Shown: positions 48,555 through 59,903, counted from the stretch's first letter. The stretch: 64,000 bases of DNA from Thermoproteota archaeon (GCA_015522685.1 WALU01000049.1:1-64000); one strand, 5' to 3'. Program-made: numbers and translations. Notes: generated by a model not told the origin, from the letters alone.

Positions 48555-50078
48555 TTAACAGGGTTCTATTGTGCTAGGAGGCTTAGTGGTTATCGCATAG
48601 GTAACCATTGTGACCTGAGGAATTTCTGACGTTATCCTCTTGGATATCTCCTCTAGAATATCCGAAGGCAGTTCATACCAATCGGCCGTCATGGCGTCCT
48701 CGCTCTCAACTATTCTCACTGTTACTATGTAGCCATCGACGCGAGTATCCCCCTTTACACCTACCCACCTATCGTCCCCAACAGATGCGAAGGCCTGCCA
48801 CACTTTATTGTAGAAACCTTTCTTCCTGAGCACCTTTTCAACTATTGCTGAAGCCTCTCTCACAATACTCAATTTTTCCTCTGTAACCTCTCCTATAATC
48901 CTTACTGCCAATCCGGGTCCTGGGAATGGGTGCCTCTCAACAATCTCCTTGGAGAGACCTAAATGGAGAGCTAGCCTTCTCACTTCATCTTTGTAAAGGT
49001 ATCTTAAGGGTTCTATAACCTTAACCTTAGATTTGATCCATTCAGGAAGCCCGGCCACATTATGGTGACTCTTTATCCTATCGGCCCCTATCTCTCCCCC
49101 ACTCTCTATCACATCAGGATAAAGAGTACCTTGAACCAAACAGTCAAAATCCCTACCTTTAAGTGATTTAGAGAAGACCTTCACGAAAAGTTCTCCTATT
49201 ATCTTCCTCTTTTTCTCACATTCTTTTACTCCTCTTAAGGCACTGAGGAACTCCTTTGAAGCATCTATATATATGGGATTTATTCCAGTCCTTTCAAGCA
49301 AATTTAACACGTCTTCCGGCTCGTTCTTTCTTAACAGGCCATGATTAACGAATATTGAGGTGAGCCTGTCACCTGCAAATTGATTTACTAGGAAAGTAGC
49401 TACTGTGGAATCAACCCCTCCGCTTACAGCCGATGATATGCTACTGCATTCCTCAAGTTCCCTTTTGAGGTATTCTTTTATGAGCGAGATCATCCTATTC
49501 TCAGTCCAATCTCTGCTGCTTCCAGCTATTTTTACAAAGTTATCAAGCAGGATACTTCCTTTGTAGGTATGCTTTACCTCAGGATGGAACTGAACACCGT
49601 AGATGGGTAAGCTCCTGTGCTTGAAAGCAGCAATATATCCGTTCTCAGATATGGCAGTTACTATAACGTCTTGAGGTGGAGATGCAACGTGATCGGAATG
49701 ACTCATCCAAACAGTCTCCTCCTCATCCCATCCCTCAAATAGACCCGATCTATCCAGTATCTTTACCTTAGTAGGACCGTATTCCCCTTTTGATCTCCTC
49801 ACTTCTCCGCCCATCATAGCCGCTATAAGCTGGAACCCATAGCAGATTCCCAGCACTGGAATTCCTAAACTTAGTATCCACTTGCCAATTTTAGGGGCTT
49901 GAAGCTCGTATACACTACTAGGCCCCCCAGATAATATTATTGCATCTGGTCTTATCTCTCTTACCATTTTTAGAGTGATCTTGGTGTAGGGAAGTATCTC
50001 AGCATAGACCCTTAGATCTCTGATCCTACGCGTAATTAAGTGGGCATATTGCCCACCGAAGTTCACCACTAGGATCAT
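48555..50078 (-). CDS. guaA: GMP synthase (fused GATase plus ATPPase)
   Basis: GICYG, QFHPEV, SGGVDS, IKSHHNV, PFPGPGL, KPPSTIE. Confidence 0.96.
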   Translation of the reverse strand: MILVVNFGGQYAHLITRRIRDLRVYAEILPYTKITLKMVREIRPDAIILSGGPSSVYELQAPKIGKWILSLGIPVLGICYGFQLIAAMMGGEVRRSKGEYGPTKVKILDRSGLFEGWDEEETVWMSHSDHVASPPQDVIVTAISENGYIAAFKHRSLPIYGVQFHPEVKHTYKGSILLDNFVKIAGSSRDWTENRMISLIKEYLKRELEECSSISSAVSGGVDSTVATFLVNQFAGDRLTSIFVNHGLLRKNEPEDVLNLLERTGINPIYIDASKEFLSALRGVKECEKKRKIIGELFVKVFSKSLKGRDFDCLVQGTLYPDVIESGGEIGADRIKSHHNVAGLPEWIKSKVKVIEPLRYLYKDEVRRLALHLGLSKEIVERHPFPGPGLAVRIIGEVTEEKLSIVREASAIVEKVLRKKGFYNKVWQAFASVGDDRWVGVKGDTRVDGYIVTVRIVESEDAMTADWYELPSDILEEISKRITSEIPQVTMVTYAITTKPPSTIEPC

Positions 50079-51397
50079 GTTACACCCGGTCCTGCCACCT
50101 TAGCTATAAACCTTATAGATCCCCCTTTAAAGTTGGAGAATGCTTCTATATCATCTCCAATACCATATATACTTTTTAGGAATCCTCCTAAGGTGAAAGC
50201 CATGCTCGTCTGTCTTAGGGACTTAGTGACCTCGCCGTTTTCTATGAGGAAAGATGTTTCTGCCATTCCACTGAACTCTCCCGTTGCTAGATTAGGCGTA
50301 TCTATAGTGTACACTACTAATACTCCTCTCTTAGTATCTATAAGCTCGTCTGCCTTCATTCGAAGGGAGGGAGCTTCTATACTCACGGTATGAGGTGAGA
50401 TCGAAGGAAGATGTGCGTGATCCCTTGAAGCATTGCCTGTGCTTTCCTTTCTCTCTTTAGATGCTGTATACCAATTGTGAAGTAGGGCTTTGAATACTCC
50501 TTTCTCCACAACGTAAGTTTTACGGGTAGGTATCCCTTCAGCATCAAAGCTTGAGCTGCTACTTAGCCAAGGGATCCTTCCATTGTCTACTATACTTATC
50601 TCATCCTTCGAAATTCTCTCACCAACTTTCCCGGTAAGAAAGCTCCTACCATACTGTACATTCTCCGCATTGGCTGCCTGACCTGCTATGAAAGGAACTA
50701 TGGTAATTTGGGCTTTAGGCTTGAGTATTAAGGGAAGTTCTTCCACGCCTATCGTTATAGCATCTAGTGTCTTTACGGCTAGCTTGCCAGCTTCCTTCCC
50801 AACTTTCTCTGGATCAAACATATCTAACCTTCTACCATCAGAGAAACCGAAGCCTGATCCTCTTTTATCACCATCTTGGCTGGCAGCTTCTACTTCCGCT
50901 GAGAAGTATGTCCTTTCCTCTGATGTATTGACTCCCTTGGAGCTGTAAATTGAGACATTTACATGCCTAAGCTCAAAGCTGCCCGAGATAGATTTTACCT
51001 TCTGGGATATCTTAGCAGCTTCTATAGATGCCATAAAGAGTGACGCTGCCTCTTCCACACCTAGATTTCTCAGCTTTGGATCCATGAGATCGTTTATGTA
51101 GGAAATGCTGGCGGGTTCAGGCAATCCCTTGAAGTTTAAGTCCTCAGGGGCAGCTTTAGCATTCATGACAGCTTTCTTTCCAATTTCACTACCATCCATC
51201 GGATTGGTAGCGAATGCGAAGCCAAGCTTCTTCCCAATAGCAGCCCTAACACCTAGCCCAGTGAACCTAACAGAGCTTGCTGTCTTCATGGCGTTCTTCT
51301 CTGCTTGGATGGAGATCCCCCTTCCTATAATCTCAAAGGCTTCTGCCTCATTAGCGCCTTCAGATAAAGCTACCTTCACAGCTTCCTCTTCTAACAT
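50075..51397 (-). CDS. pmbA: PmbA/TldE family protein
   Basis: FDAEG, TGNA, GEFSG; no HExxH; follows tldD. Confidence 0.87.
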   Translation of the reverse strand: MLEEEAVKVALSEGANEAEAFEIIGRGISIQAEKNAMKTASSVRFTGLGVRAAIGKKLGFAFATNPMDGSEIGKKAVMNAKAAPEDLNFKGLPEPASISYINDLMDPKLRNLGVEEAASLFMASIEAAKISQKVKSISGSFELRHVNVSIYSSKGVNTSEERTYFSAEVEAASQDGDKRGSGFGFSDGRRLDMFDPEKVGKEAGKLAVKTLDAITIGVEELPLILKPKAQITIVPFIAGQAANAENVQYGRSFLTGKVGERISKDEISIVDNGRIPWLSSSSSFDAEGIPTRKTYVVEKGVFKALLHNWYTASKERKESTGNASRDHAHLPSISPHTVSIEAPSLRMKADELIDTKRGVLVVYTIDTPNLATGEFSGMAETSFLIENGEVTKSLRQTSMAFTLGGFLKSIYGIGDDIEAFSNFKGGSIRFIAKVAGPGVT

Positions 51398-51398
51398 A

Positions 51399-52757
51399 TC
51401 ATCTCCCCCCAAAGACTAGCTTCTTTACCCTAATATGGGGTGCTCCCGTCGTAACGGGAACCCATTGACCATACTTTCCACACATTCCAGGATCATGGGT
51501 CAGGTCGTTTGCAATAGCATCTATATTATGGAGAACATCTAAGGTCATTCCCGTAATTGCTACCTCTCTAAGTCTCTGTTTTAGCTCTCCATTCTCTATT
51601 AGCCACCCTCCTTCAGCTTTAAACATAAACTGCCCTTTTGCTGGGTCTGTATACCCATATAAAGATCCAAAGGCATATATTCCGCTTTTCATTTCTGAGA
51701 GCATCTCATCAAAACTCCAGTTCCCAGTTTCTATGAAAGTGTTAGACATCCTGACTATAGGAGGGTTATCATAATCCATTGATCTGGCATTCCCGGTTGG
51801 CTCTATCCTGAGCCTTGATGCCGTTTCCAAGCTGGTCATATAACCTGAGAGCAAGCCTCTCTTCACAATATACTTCCTCTTTGATTCCGTTCCTTCATCA
51901 TCATACTTGTAGCTCCCATACAGGCCCTCAATAGTTGGATCATCGATAACGCTTATCATATCAGATCCGACCTTCTTATCCATTTTCCCGACAAGTATGC
52001 TTTGATTATTTACTATGGCATCTCCCTCAGCTGCATGGCCGAACGCCTCATGTATGAAAACACCAGCTAGTTTCGGATCTAGAATTGCTGGTGAAGTGCC
52101 TGGAGGAGCTGGCTTAGCGGATAAAGCTTCCACTGCCCTTTTAGCAGCAAGCTCTGCTACGTTCGATCCTTCAACTATCTTCATACCTCCAACGCCTCCC
52201 TTAGATTCGAAGGCACTCTCTGTAAGTTCGGCTTCATGAGAAAAGATGTAAGCAGCTAACCTGACTCTAGCTGTCTTTTGATTTATGTCCGTTCCTAAAG
52301 AGTTAACGATTCTAGTTTCTCTCATAACATCTCCGAATAGTATGTTGGTGTTTCTGATCTTGTCCATCTTTCTGGCCTGTTTATCCTGTTCCTGGATTAG
52401 TTCTACCTTTTCTGAAGTGCTAACCTCCCAAGCTGGCTTTTGAGCTTTTACCTCATATCTACCTCTGAAGGAAGGCCATTCTGGCTCTATATGTTCCGCC
52501 CATTTAGAAGATAGCTTAGCCAGCTCAACAGCATCTTTAACAGCATCTTTCAGCTTAGCTAATGAGCTGGCAACTCCTAGCCCCCAGCCCCCTTTGTAAA
52601 GAGCTCTAACACTTATTCTGAACTCGCTTCCTCTAGATAGCTCTCTAACCACTCCGTCTATCATACGGATCGTTGTAGTCTCAGATCTTTCCCTCCTAAC
52701 TTCAACAAAATCTACACCATCATCTAGCGCGAGAGATATTGCATCCTCCAACTCCAT
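51399..52757 (-). CDS. tldD: TldD metalloprotease
   Basis: HEAFGHAAEGD, DDEG, RMSNTF, CGKYGQ. Confidence 0.92.
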   Translation of the reverse strand: MELEDAISLALDDGVDFVEVRRERSETTTIRMIDGVVRELSRGSEFRISVRALYKGGWGLGVASSLAKLKDAVKDAVELAKLSSKWAEHIEPEWPSFRGRYEVKAQKPAWEVSTSEKVELIQEQDKQARKMDKIRNTNILFGDVMRETRIVNSLGTDINQKTARVRLAAYIFSHEAELTESAFESKGGVGGMKIVEGSNVAELAAKRAVEALSAKPAPPGTSPAILDPKLAGVFIHEAFGHAAEGDAIVNNQSILVGKMDKKVGSDMISVIDDPTIEGLYGSYKYDDEGTESKRKYIVKRGLLSGYMTSLETASRLRIEPTGNARSMDYDNPPIVRMSNTFIETGNWSFDEMLSEMKSGIYAFGSLYGYTDPAKGQFMFKAEGGWLIENGELKQRLREVAITGMTLDVLHNIDAIANDLTHDPGMCGKYGQWVPVTTGAPHIRVKKLVFGGR

Positions 52758-52890
52758 ACATAGTTATTGAGGAGAACCCGATATAATCATTCTGAGTTTC
52801 ATCAAAGGTGCTATGCTAAGAGATTCTTCAGATGAGTGGACTTTCTACAGCCAGAAGAGAAAGCAGGATAGGGTCCATTACCAAGTATGA

Positions 52891-53718
52891 GTGAAGCATT
52901 TTAATCTGAAACTGAGAGTTAGTGCGAGGTTCTCTGAGATGCATCCATGTAAAGATGCAACTAGAACTTGGCGCGGTATAAGGATAGCTGCAGATTATAA
53001 GTATACCATTGAGCTGGAAGGTAAAGGTAAGGCTGGTTATTTTTACACAAGCCCAAATTTAATTGAGGAAGCGATAATAGGGTTTCTCTATTATAAGAAA
53101 GGGATAGATTATGATATACGCCTGGTGGATCTCACTAAGATCAATGAGTTAGAATATTTAGCTAAAGTTTCAAGGAAAGATAAGTTATTGGAAATACCAA
53201 GTTGGGTAGAAGGCTCGATAGATTGGGACCTAGCTCTAAAATTATTAGGGAAGTTATCAGAGCTTGTCCCAAAGAATGAATGCCCTTATGCATTCCATTC
53301 GATGGCTCTCTTCCTTTTACTTGATGGAAAAATCTCTTCCATAATATCCCTAGTAGATGCAAGTAGACATACTGGTATGATTAAGATATTGGGATGGGTA
53401 TTGAGGAAAGGCTCCTCTCTGAGTGGTTATACCCCTGTCCTAGTTACAACTGGTAGAGTTTCAAGCGATCTGATTGATATGATAAATTCCATAAAACTGA
53501 AAATTGTGCTAAGTCCGAGACATGCGTTAATGAGTGGAGTAGTTTCAGCAGAGTCGGAAGGTATCACTTTAGTTTCTAAGGATATAACTCGTAGATTGAA
53601 AGTATTTACATATCCAGAAAGAATAGCAAACGCCCCTATAGTTGAATGGAAAGAGAATCCAATAACAGCAAACTACAGAAAAGATGTAAGTAAGGGAGGA
53701 AGCCTGCCCATTTGTTAA
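52891..53718 (+). CDS. fdhD: divergent FdhD formate dehydrogenase accessory protein
   Basis: AFHSMAL, DASRH, TGRVSSD, GITLV; adjacent to fdh operon; start may be ATG 52939. Confidence 0.75.
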   Translation: MKHFNLKLRVSARFSEMHPCKDATRTWRGIRIAADYKYTIELEGKGKAGYFYTSPNLIEEAIIGFLYYKKGIDYDIRLVDLTKINELEYLAKVSRKDKLLEIPSWVEGSIDWDLALKLLGKLSELVPKNECPYAFHSMALFLLLDGKISSIISLVDASRHTGMIKILGWVLRKGSSLSGYTPVLVTTGRVSSDLIDMINSIKLKIVLSPRHALMSGVVSAESEGITLVSKDITRRLKVFTYPERIANAPIVEWKENPITANYRKDVSKGGSLPIC

Positions 53719-53733
53719 TGTCCTTAAGAATTT

Positions 53734-54621
53734 TTATTCTCCTTGCTCTTGCTCAGATTCAGATTCAGACTTAGATTTGAGAGATGCGTTTAGACTATCT
53801 AACTTGAATGTCCATACCGGGTATAGTTCCCTAGGAATCATTCCCCCGGCTATCTCCTCATCAACAACCTTCCAGTACTCACCGCATTTCTCACACACAT
53901 AAAGCCTAAATTTGTTGCTCTCAAGAGAGTAGAAGCCAAGCTTCTTCTCATCTTCATTCCCACAGAACGGGCATTTTAACCTCCGAAATGGCCATTCCAT
54001 TCCACAGATTTCACATTTGAGGGTTAATTTCCTCCCTTCACCAGACATGTATCCTGTTCTTGTATAACTACCACATATCGGGCAGTATCCTCTATACCAG
54101 CTTTTAACGTCTATTTCATCGCTTGAGATCTCTTTAAGTGATTTTAGAACAGGCTGTATTGTCCAAAGAGCCAAGGCTTTAATCAAGTCTAAGTCTACAT
54201 CGAGACCTGCAGCTACGCCTCTCGCATAATCTTCTTTACCTTTTAGGGAAGATATAGCTAACTCTTTGATATCAAAAGCCCTTTTATCGAGGGCAGATAA
54301 CACTTTATTTAAATCATCAATTAGCTCTTGCCTGTGTTCTTTCACAACACTGATTATTTCCTTCATTAGATCTTCCCAAAGCTCTTGCTTTATTGTGGGA
54401 ATCCCGAAGATCTCTATTAGAGGTTTCCCTTCTTCAGTTACCTTCCCTGCTCTTTCCCTTATAACATCCTTTTGCCAATCTATCTCCTCTGTAACTCTTT
54501 TAGATAACTTATCTTGGATTTTTAGTAAATCAGAGTAGAAAAGTAAGGATTTCCTAAGCTCTGGCTCATCTAGGGATATCTTATCAACTGCCTGCCTCAG
54601 TAAATCAAGCTCATCACTCAT
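53734..54621 (-). CDS. fdhE: formate dehydrogenase maturation protein FdhE
   Basis: CPICG, CEIC..W...RLKCPFCG, CEKC. Confidence 0.9.
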   Translation of the reverse strand: MSDELDLLRQAVDKISLDEPELRKSLLFYSDLLKIQDKLSKRVTEEIDWQKDVIRERAGKVTEEGKPLIEIFGIPTIKQELWEDLMKEIISVVKEHRQELIDDLNKVLSALDKRAFDIKELAISSLKGKEDYARGVAAGLDVDLDLIKALALWTIQPVLKSLKEISSDEIDVKSWYRGYCPICGSYTRTGYMSGEGRKLTLKCEICGMEWPFRRLKCPFCGNEDEKKLGFYSLESNKFRLYVCEKCGEYWKVVDEEIAGGMIPRELYPVWTFKLDSLNASLKSKSESESEQEQGE

Positions 54622-54690
54622 GTGATCACAGGTCCTCTAGATGGACCTTTGATTTAATTCTTTTCATAAAAAAGAGGAAGGGGATTATAA

Positions 54691-55431
54691 TTACTCTTCT
54701 TCCTTCCTATGCCATCCTGGAAGATGCTTTGCAACATACTCTTCTGTCAGCCTACCGGTCCTGAACATCGCCCTTACCATTGGTCTATGTTCGGGTATTA
54801 GGACAGCTGTGTAAACATGAACTATCAGACCAATTGCTGCTAGGAAGAATCCTATATCATGTATCATGTGAGCCCATCCCCATATGCTTGGGGAGAACAT
54901 GTCTCTGAACCACATTATGGTGCCAGTCACGTACATCACTATCATTCCTATAATAACAGTCCATATCCATCCTTTCTGCCCTAAGTTATACTTGGAGAAA
55001 GGTACAGACTTTTTGTGTACATAATAGTCAACTAAGTCCTTAGTTCCTTTCTTAAAGCAGCTCCAGCTCCAGCATTCAGGCCATATCTCCATTTCCCTTA
55101 AAGCCCCAAGTTCCCCAAGGAAGAAGGGTATCAGTATTAGAGCCAAGCCAAAGGCTGAAAGTCTGTGTACGAGCCTCGCTATTTCCATTCCTAGCGAGTA
55201 GGGATTGTACACCGGGCCTATCACGACAGAAACTGGATAGCTGTAAAGGTAAGCTAGCCAGCCAAACCAGTCCTTGCTGATGAGAGGCAATCCCGTTAGG
55301 AAGAAAGCTGCAACAAAATGGATGAGATGCTTATGAACCCATATCTGCATCTCACTGAATGTCCTAACTGCCTCACATTTGCTTATCCACATAGTATGAG
55401 TGATGCATTCCTCTTTAGCCATATCACTCAC
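54691..55431 (-). CDS. fdnI: formate dehydrogenase cytochrome b (gamma) subunit
   Basis: 4 TM with His ligands, KYNLGQK, M..G. Confidence 0.87.
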   Translation of the reverse strand: MSDMAKEECITHTMWISKCEAVRTFSEMQIWVHKHLIHFVAAFFLTGLPLISKDWFGWLAYLYSYPVSVVIGPVYNPYSLGMEIARLVHRLSAFGLALILIPFFLGELGALREMEIWPECWSWSCFKKGTKDLVDYYVHKKSVPFSKYNLGQKGWIWTVIIGMIVMYVTGTIMWFRDMFSPSIWGWAHMIHDIGFFLAAIGLIVHVYTAVLIPEHRPMVRAMFRTGRLTEEYVAKHLPGWHRKEEE

Positions 55432-56230
55432 CTCCCTTCTTAAGTTCCTTCTTCTCTCCTTTTTCCTGCATTCTCTTAGCTCTCCAGTAGATGAAGTGAC
55501 CAGCAGCAGCTAGGAGCGTGAGACCGACAAGACCCCATCCTATGGGCTTTACCACGTTGGCCTCAGACTCAATCTCTCCCTTACTTGGGTTCTTAAGAAG
55601 CCTCTCTCCAAAGTATTTTGGATCGGTGAGCTTTCCTTTATATTTCTTAGATGTGTAAATCCAATGTGTATGGCCCACAACATTATTGACATTATCTCCG
55701 TAGACTTCATATCCCTGAGATTTGTATTTGTTCACTAGCTCATTGTAATCGCCGAATACTAAAGCATCTGTTGGGCATGCAGTAACACATGCTGGATTAA
55801 GCCCATTCTGAATTCTATCGATACAGAAGGTACACTTGTAAACTTTCTTGGTGTAGGGATCATATCTAGGAACATTGTAGGGACAGGCCTCAATGCAGTA
55901 CCTACAGCCTATACACTTATCTTCTCTTATGACCACAGCACCCTCTGGATGCACCTCTATCGCATTGACTGGGCATGCCTTAGCGCATGGAGCATTGCTG
56001 CAATGCATGCATTGCCTCTTAAAGAAGAGCCAGTGAAACTCACCACCATCCTCTATCTCCTTAGCCTCCATCACAGTCCAAACGTTTGGCAAGAGATCTG
56101 GAGGATTCGTCAACGTTGGAGTAAAGTCTGTTACCTCAGCTCTCGTGTTGTTCCAGACATGGCAAGCTACCTGACAAGCTCTACAAAAGATACAATTATC
56201 TACATTAAATGCTATAGCTTTTTCTCCCAT
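55424..56230 (-). CDS. fdnH: formate dehydrogenase Fe-S (beta) subunit
   Basis: four 4Fe-4S motifs, C-terminal TM anchor. Confidence 0.9.
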   Translation of the reverse strand: MGEKAIAFNVDNCIFCRACQVACHVWNNTRAEVTDFTPTLTNPPDLLPNVWTVMEAKEIEDGGEFHWLFFKRQCMHCSNAPCAKACPVNAIEVHPEGAVVIREDKCIGCRYCIEACPYNVPRYDPYTKKVYKCTFCIDRIQNGLNPACVTACPTDALVFGDYNELVNKYKSQGYEVYGDNVNNVVGHTHWIYTSKKYKGKLTDPKYFGERLLKNPSKGEIESEANVVKPIGWGLVGLTLLAAAGHFIYWRAKRMQEKGEKKELKKGGE

Positions 56231-56234
56231 AAGA

Positions 56235-59200
56235 TCACCTCCTTGGCCTTATACCAGGTACATTCACCTCATTAGCTCTGTAATCGTACTTCTCTGGAGA
56301 CGCTTTCCTGACAAATGCCAAGAATACCTTTGACTCCTGCATCGTGGTGACTGTGTCCATGTAAACATCAGTAATCGTATTCGCCACGGCATACGTGCTA
56401 TGGGCGCCCTGCCATCCCCAATGCCAAGGTAAGTTTATGACATATACTTCTTTACCATCTATATTGAGTTTAGGTACTCTATGCGTGACTAGGGCTCTCA
56501 CATAGATGATGTTCCTGTTGTTTCCTACTTCCACTATATCTCCGGGTTTTATCCCTAGTTTATCTGCTAAAGGCTTTGGAATTTCAGCAAATGGTTCTGG
56601 AACAAGTTCAGCTAGAAGAGGAACATTTCTAGTGAGCTGACCTGTATGGAAGTGCTCTGTCATCCTATTTGTCGTAGCGACAACCACTTCAGCTCCTTTT
56701 GGCTTCTCCATTTCTTTCGGTAATATACTAACTGTCTCCTTGAGATGCTCCCAACCAGATGGTGGCTCCAAGAATTTATAGTTCTCAGATCTCCTCCAAG
56801 CCATTGCAGGGTATTTTGTCGCTAAATCTAGACTTGGAGATTCAACAGGCTCATAATGCGTCGGATATCTCATATCCCAGGCGAGGATCTCACTTGGATT
56901 GCTCGGGTTCGGATATGCATACCACTCTCCGTACTTCTGCTTCATCTTTATTATCGCTTCTTTAAAGCCTACCTGTTCCACAAGGCTTCTCAATTCCTGG
57001 CTGAACTTATCCTTCACTTTAGCCCAATCATAGTAACCAACATACTTGATGGTCTTTCCATTAACTTTCTTTGTTCCCTTGAAGTATGGTTTGAGGTAAC
57101 TAGCCTTCCCTGCGTTTACAACTTCCTTATCATAGTAGAAGCTCTCACATAATGGACATCTTATCCCTAACTCATTGTAGCTTACCACTTTAGCCTCTGA
57201 ACTTGAGAATTCTGCTATCTTGCCAACAACCTTCTCGTACCACAGTAGCTCCTTAGAACTCCTTGCCCCAGTGAACAAATCAGCCATTCCTGACCAAGCC
57301 CTCTTATAGAATTTGCCTATAAGGAAGTTATGCCCGGGTATGAAAGCAGGTCTCCATTTTCCGCTCTTTGCATCCATTATTTCTCCGCTCTCTCCAGTTA
57401 TACTAACTGCCATCCCATTTAGCTCCTTACCAACCATGAACTCTCCTGAAGGGAATTTGAAGTTGAACTTCTTGCCTAATGTTTTTGAGAGAGTCCACAG
57501 GTTATAGAGGATCCTTACGTTCTTGGGCCAAGTCCAAGACCAGTCCTTATACATAAGGTATTTCTTATCTAGAATACCGTCTATGTCATTTTCTTCCCTG
57601 AGTAGGGGCTTCCTGCGTTTAGATAAATTTCTATGGTAATACCAGTCATACATCCCATTATAGAGATCCACCGCTAGATCTATCTCCTTATAAACGAGTT
57701 CAGGATCCACATACGCGTAGTCAGAATCGGGGAACTTACCAGTAGCGTAATCCATGAACGGCTCTATCTTTCTCTCATATAAATCAACGAACTCACCGGT
57801 GTATGGATTCTTTATTGCTACCTTCTCGCTTCTCTTACCGTAGGTTAGGCTTGGCATTCTTACTACTCCATATCTCTTGAAATAGTCCCAAAGCTTGACC
57901 ATTATCCAGAGATCAGGCTTGGCCTCTCCTGCGGGAGGTATTACTCTATCCTGCCACTGAACCCAACGATTGCTATTAGTTATAGAGCCATATTTCTCAT
58001 ACTGAACAGCCCCAGGAAGCAAGACATCAGCAAATGTTGACGTCTCAGTTTCCCATAAGTCAACTACCACTAGAAGCTTAAGAGAAGCTAGAGCTTGATA
58101 TGTAGCAAGGGCATCTGCATCACTAACAGCTATATTCTCAGCCATTATCATTGCTGCTTTTATCACATTATCAAAGAGAACGCCCTGCCACCAAGTATTC
58201 TCAGTGTACCCTTTACCAAACGGGAAGTCGCTTATTACTGTCCCGTTCTTGGGATCGCTTTCTGGATCAGTCCCAACGAATATCCCCCAAATAAGCTCGA
58301 AGCGACGCCAGTTCTGGAACCACCAGGACCACATAATCTTGGCGGAGTTGACATTGCCTTTTTCCCTTGGGCCAAAGCTACCTCCGGCCCAGTCAGGTAT
58401 ATTCCAGTGCCAAGCATCTGGGAAGCCTTGATTCTTCCAATCCTGGTAAACTCTCATTTGAAGTGGGCTTGATGGCTGCTTTATATATCCAGGTAATACG
58501 TGGGATAAGATACACATATCAGTTGTCCCTTGAACATTACTATGTCCTCTATATGGGTTGAGACCACCACCAGGGAATCCCATGTTCCCTAACGTGAGTT
58601 GGATTAAGGTACTCATTCTAGTAATTTGAGTGCCTACGTGATGTTGAGTTTGTCCCATTGCCCACTGTATTGAGCCGAACCTCTTGAAGTTTGTTGTCAC
58701 TCCACTATTCTCTACGTAAGTTTTAGCGATGAGCTCGAGCTTATCAACAGGTATACCTGTTATTTTAGATACCTCCTCGGCTGTATAAGCTTTTGACATA
58801 TCTTTGAACTCTTTTATCTCACTCAGATCAACGTTGAACCTTGTTGCATATTCCTTGAATGTATCAAGTTCATCTACAGGTGGATTTCTCTCCCAGAATG
58901 CATAATGAAGGAGATACATCATGAAAGCCAGATCTGAGCCTGGCCTAAAGAATGTGAATATATCTGCCTGAGAAGCAGTCCTATTGTACCTAGGATCTAC
59001 GACTATTAATTTCAGTCCCTTCTCCTTACCCCTCAGAGTATGCCTCATACTGACTGGGTGGTTCTCAGCAGGATTACCACCGAATATCAAGTAAGCCGTT
59101 ATAAATTGAGTATCTATGAAAGTTTGAGTCTGAGCTCCGAAACCTACAGTACCAGCAAGGCCAGCCACAGTCGTAGAATGACATCTTCTAGCATCATGAT

Positions 59201-59873
59201 CTATGTTATAGCTTCCTAGCATTGTCGCGAGCTTCTTTATGATGTATGCTTCTTCATTGGTAAGCTTAGCTCCAGCCTCTATCCAAAACGGGAACTTCTT
59301 GCCTTTATAGTAATAACCATCACTATTCTTCGGATTCCATCCAACTTCATCTAATATCTTCTTCGTCTTCCCAGCTATATAGTTAAAGGCCTCATCCCAA
59401 GTTACACGCTTCCAGACAGGCTTATATTTCTCCAGTATTGCTCTAAGCTCATCTTGATTTCTTACTTTCTTTAGTTCTTCAACAGGAGGTTTGGGATTGA
59501 CCCTTATCATAGGATATCTTAGCCTCCTAGAGTTATACTCTCCAAGTAGCTCCAAGGACGCTTCTCCTTTGGGACATAGCTTCCCTTCATTCAGCGGATT
59601 ATCTGGATCTCCTTCTAAATGAACAACACTATCTCCATGTTTATAGAATATTATTCCACAGCCAACGGAGCAATATCCACAAACTCCCCTAACTTCTCTT
59701 GTTATCTGTAAGTTTTTCTGGCCTATCTCGCCAAGATAGTACCTTTTAGGCTTAGGAAGTCCAAGTACTTTCTTTGTAGCATCTGAGAACATTAAAGAAA
59801 ATGCACCGAGGCCCGCTACCTTGAGAAAAGTTCTTCTTGAAACCTTCAAATCTTCTATCAAATTTTTTATCAC
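56235..59873 (-). CDS. fdnG: Tat-exported formate dehydrogenase alpha subunit (Mo/W-bisPGD), Cys type
   Basis: SRRTFLK Tat motif, CGYCSVGC, RRCHSTT, RGHSNVQG. Confidence 0.92.
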   Translation of the reverse strand: MIKNLIEDLKVSRRTFLKVAGLGAFSLMFSDATKKVLGLPKPKRYYLGEIGQKNLQITREVRGVCGYCSVGCGIIFYKHGDSVVHLEGDPDNPLNEGKLCPKGEASLELLGEYNSRRLRYPMIRVNPKPPVEELKKVRNQDELRAILEKYKPVWKRVTWDEAFNYIAGKTKKILDEVGWNPKNSDGYYYKGKKFPFWIEAGAKLTNEEAYIIKKLATMLGSYNIDHDARRCHSTTVAGLAGTVGFGAQTQTFIDTQFITAYLIFGGNPAENHPVSMRHTLRGKEKGLKLIVVDPRYNRTASQADIFTFFRPGSDLAFMMYLLHYAFWERNPPVDELDTFKEYATRFNVDLSEIKEFKDMSKAYTAEEVSKITGIPVDKLELIAKTYVENSGVTTNFKRFGSIQWAMGQTQHHVGTQITRMSTLIQLTLGNMGFPGGGLNPYRGHSNVQGTTDMCILSHVLPGYIKQPSSPLQMRVYQDWKNQGFPDAWHWNIPDWAGGSFGPREKGNVNSAKIMWSWWFQNWRRFELIWGIFVGTDPESDPKNGTVISDFPFGKGYTENTWWQGVLFDNVIKAAMIMAENIAVSDADALATYQALASLKLLVVVDLWETETSTFADVLLPGAVQYEKYGSITNSNRWVQWQDRVIPPAGEAKPDLWIMVKLWDYFKRYGVVRMPSLTYGKRSEKVAIKNPYTGEFVDLYERKIEPFMDYATGKFPDSDYAYVDPELVYKEIDLAVDLYNGMYDWYYHRNLSKRRKPLLREENDIDGILDKKYLMYKDWSWTWPKNVRILYNLWTLSKTLGKKFNFKFPSGEFMVGKELNGMAVSITGESGEIMDAKSGKWRPAFIPGHNFLIGKFYKRAWSGMADLFTGARSSKELLWYEKVVGKIAEFSSSEAKVVSYNELGIRCPLCESFYYDKEVVNAGKASYLKPYFKGTKKVNGKTIKYVGYYDWAKVKDKFSQELRSLVEQVGFKEAIIKMKQKYGEWYAYPNPSNPSEILAWDMRYPTHYEPVESPSLDLATKYPAMAWRRSENYKFLEPPSGWEHLKETVSILPKEMEKPKGAEVVVATTNRMTEHFHTGQLTRNVPLLAELVPEPFAEIPKPLADKLGIKPGDIVEVGNNRNIIYVRALVTHRVPKLNIDGKEVYVINLPWHWGWQGAHSTYAVANTITDVYMDTVTTMQESKVFLAFVRKASPEKYDYRANEVNVPGIRPRR

Positions 59874-59886
59874 CTCTCTTGCAGAG

Positions 59887-59903
59887 TAGGGTCAAAGACC
59901 CTA
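59887..59903. promoter_or_regulatory. 7-bp inverted repeat in fdh 5' leader
   Basis: TAGGGTC-aaa-GACCCTA just upstream of the start. Confidence 0.35.

Noticed and set aside
56235-59873. Selenocysteine formate dehydrogenase
   Set aside because: Active-site residue is Cys (RRCH) in an uninterrupted ORF
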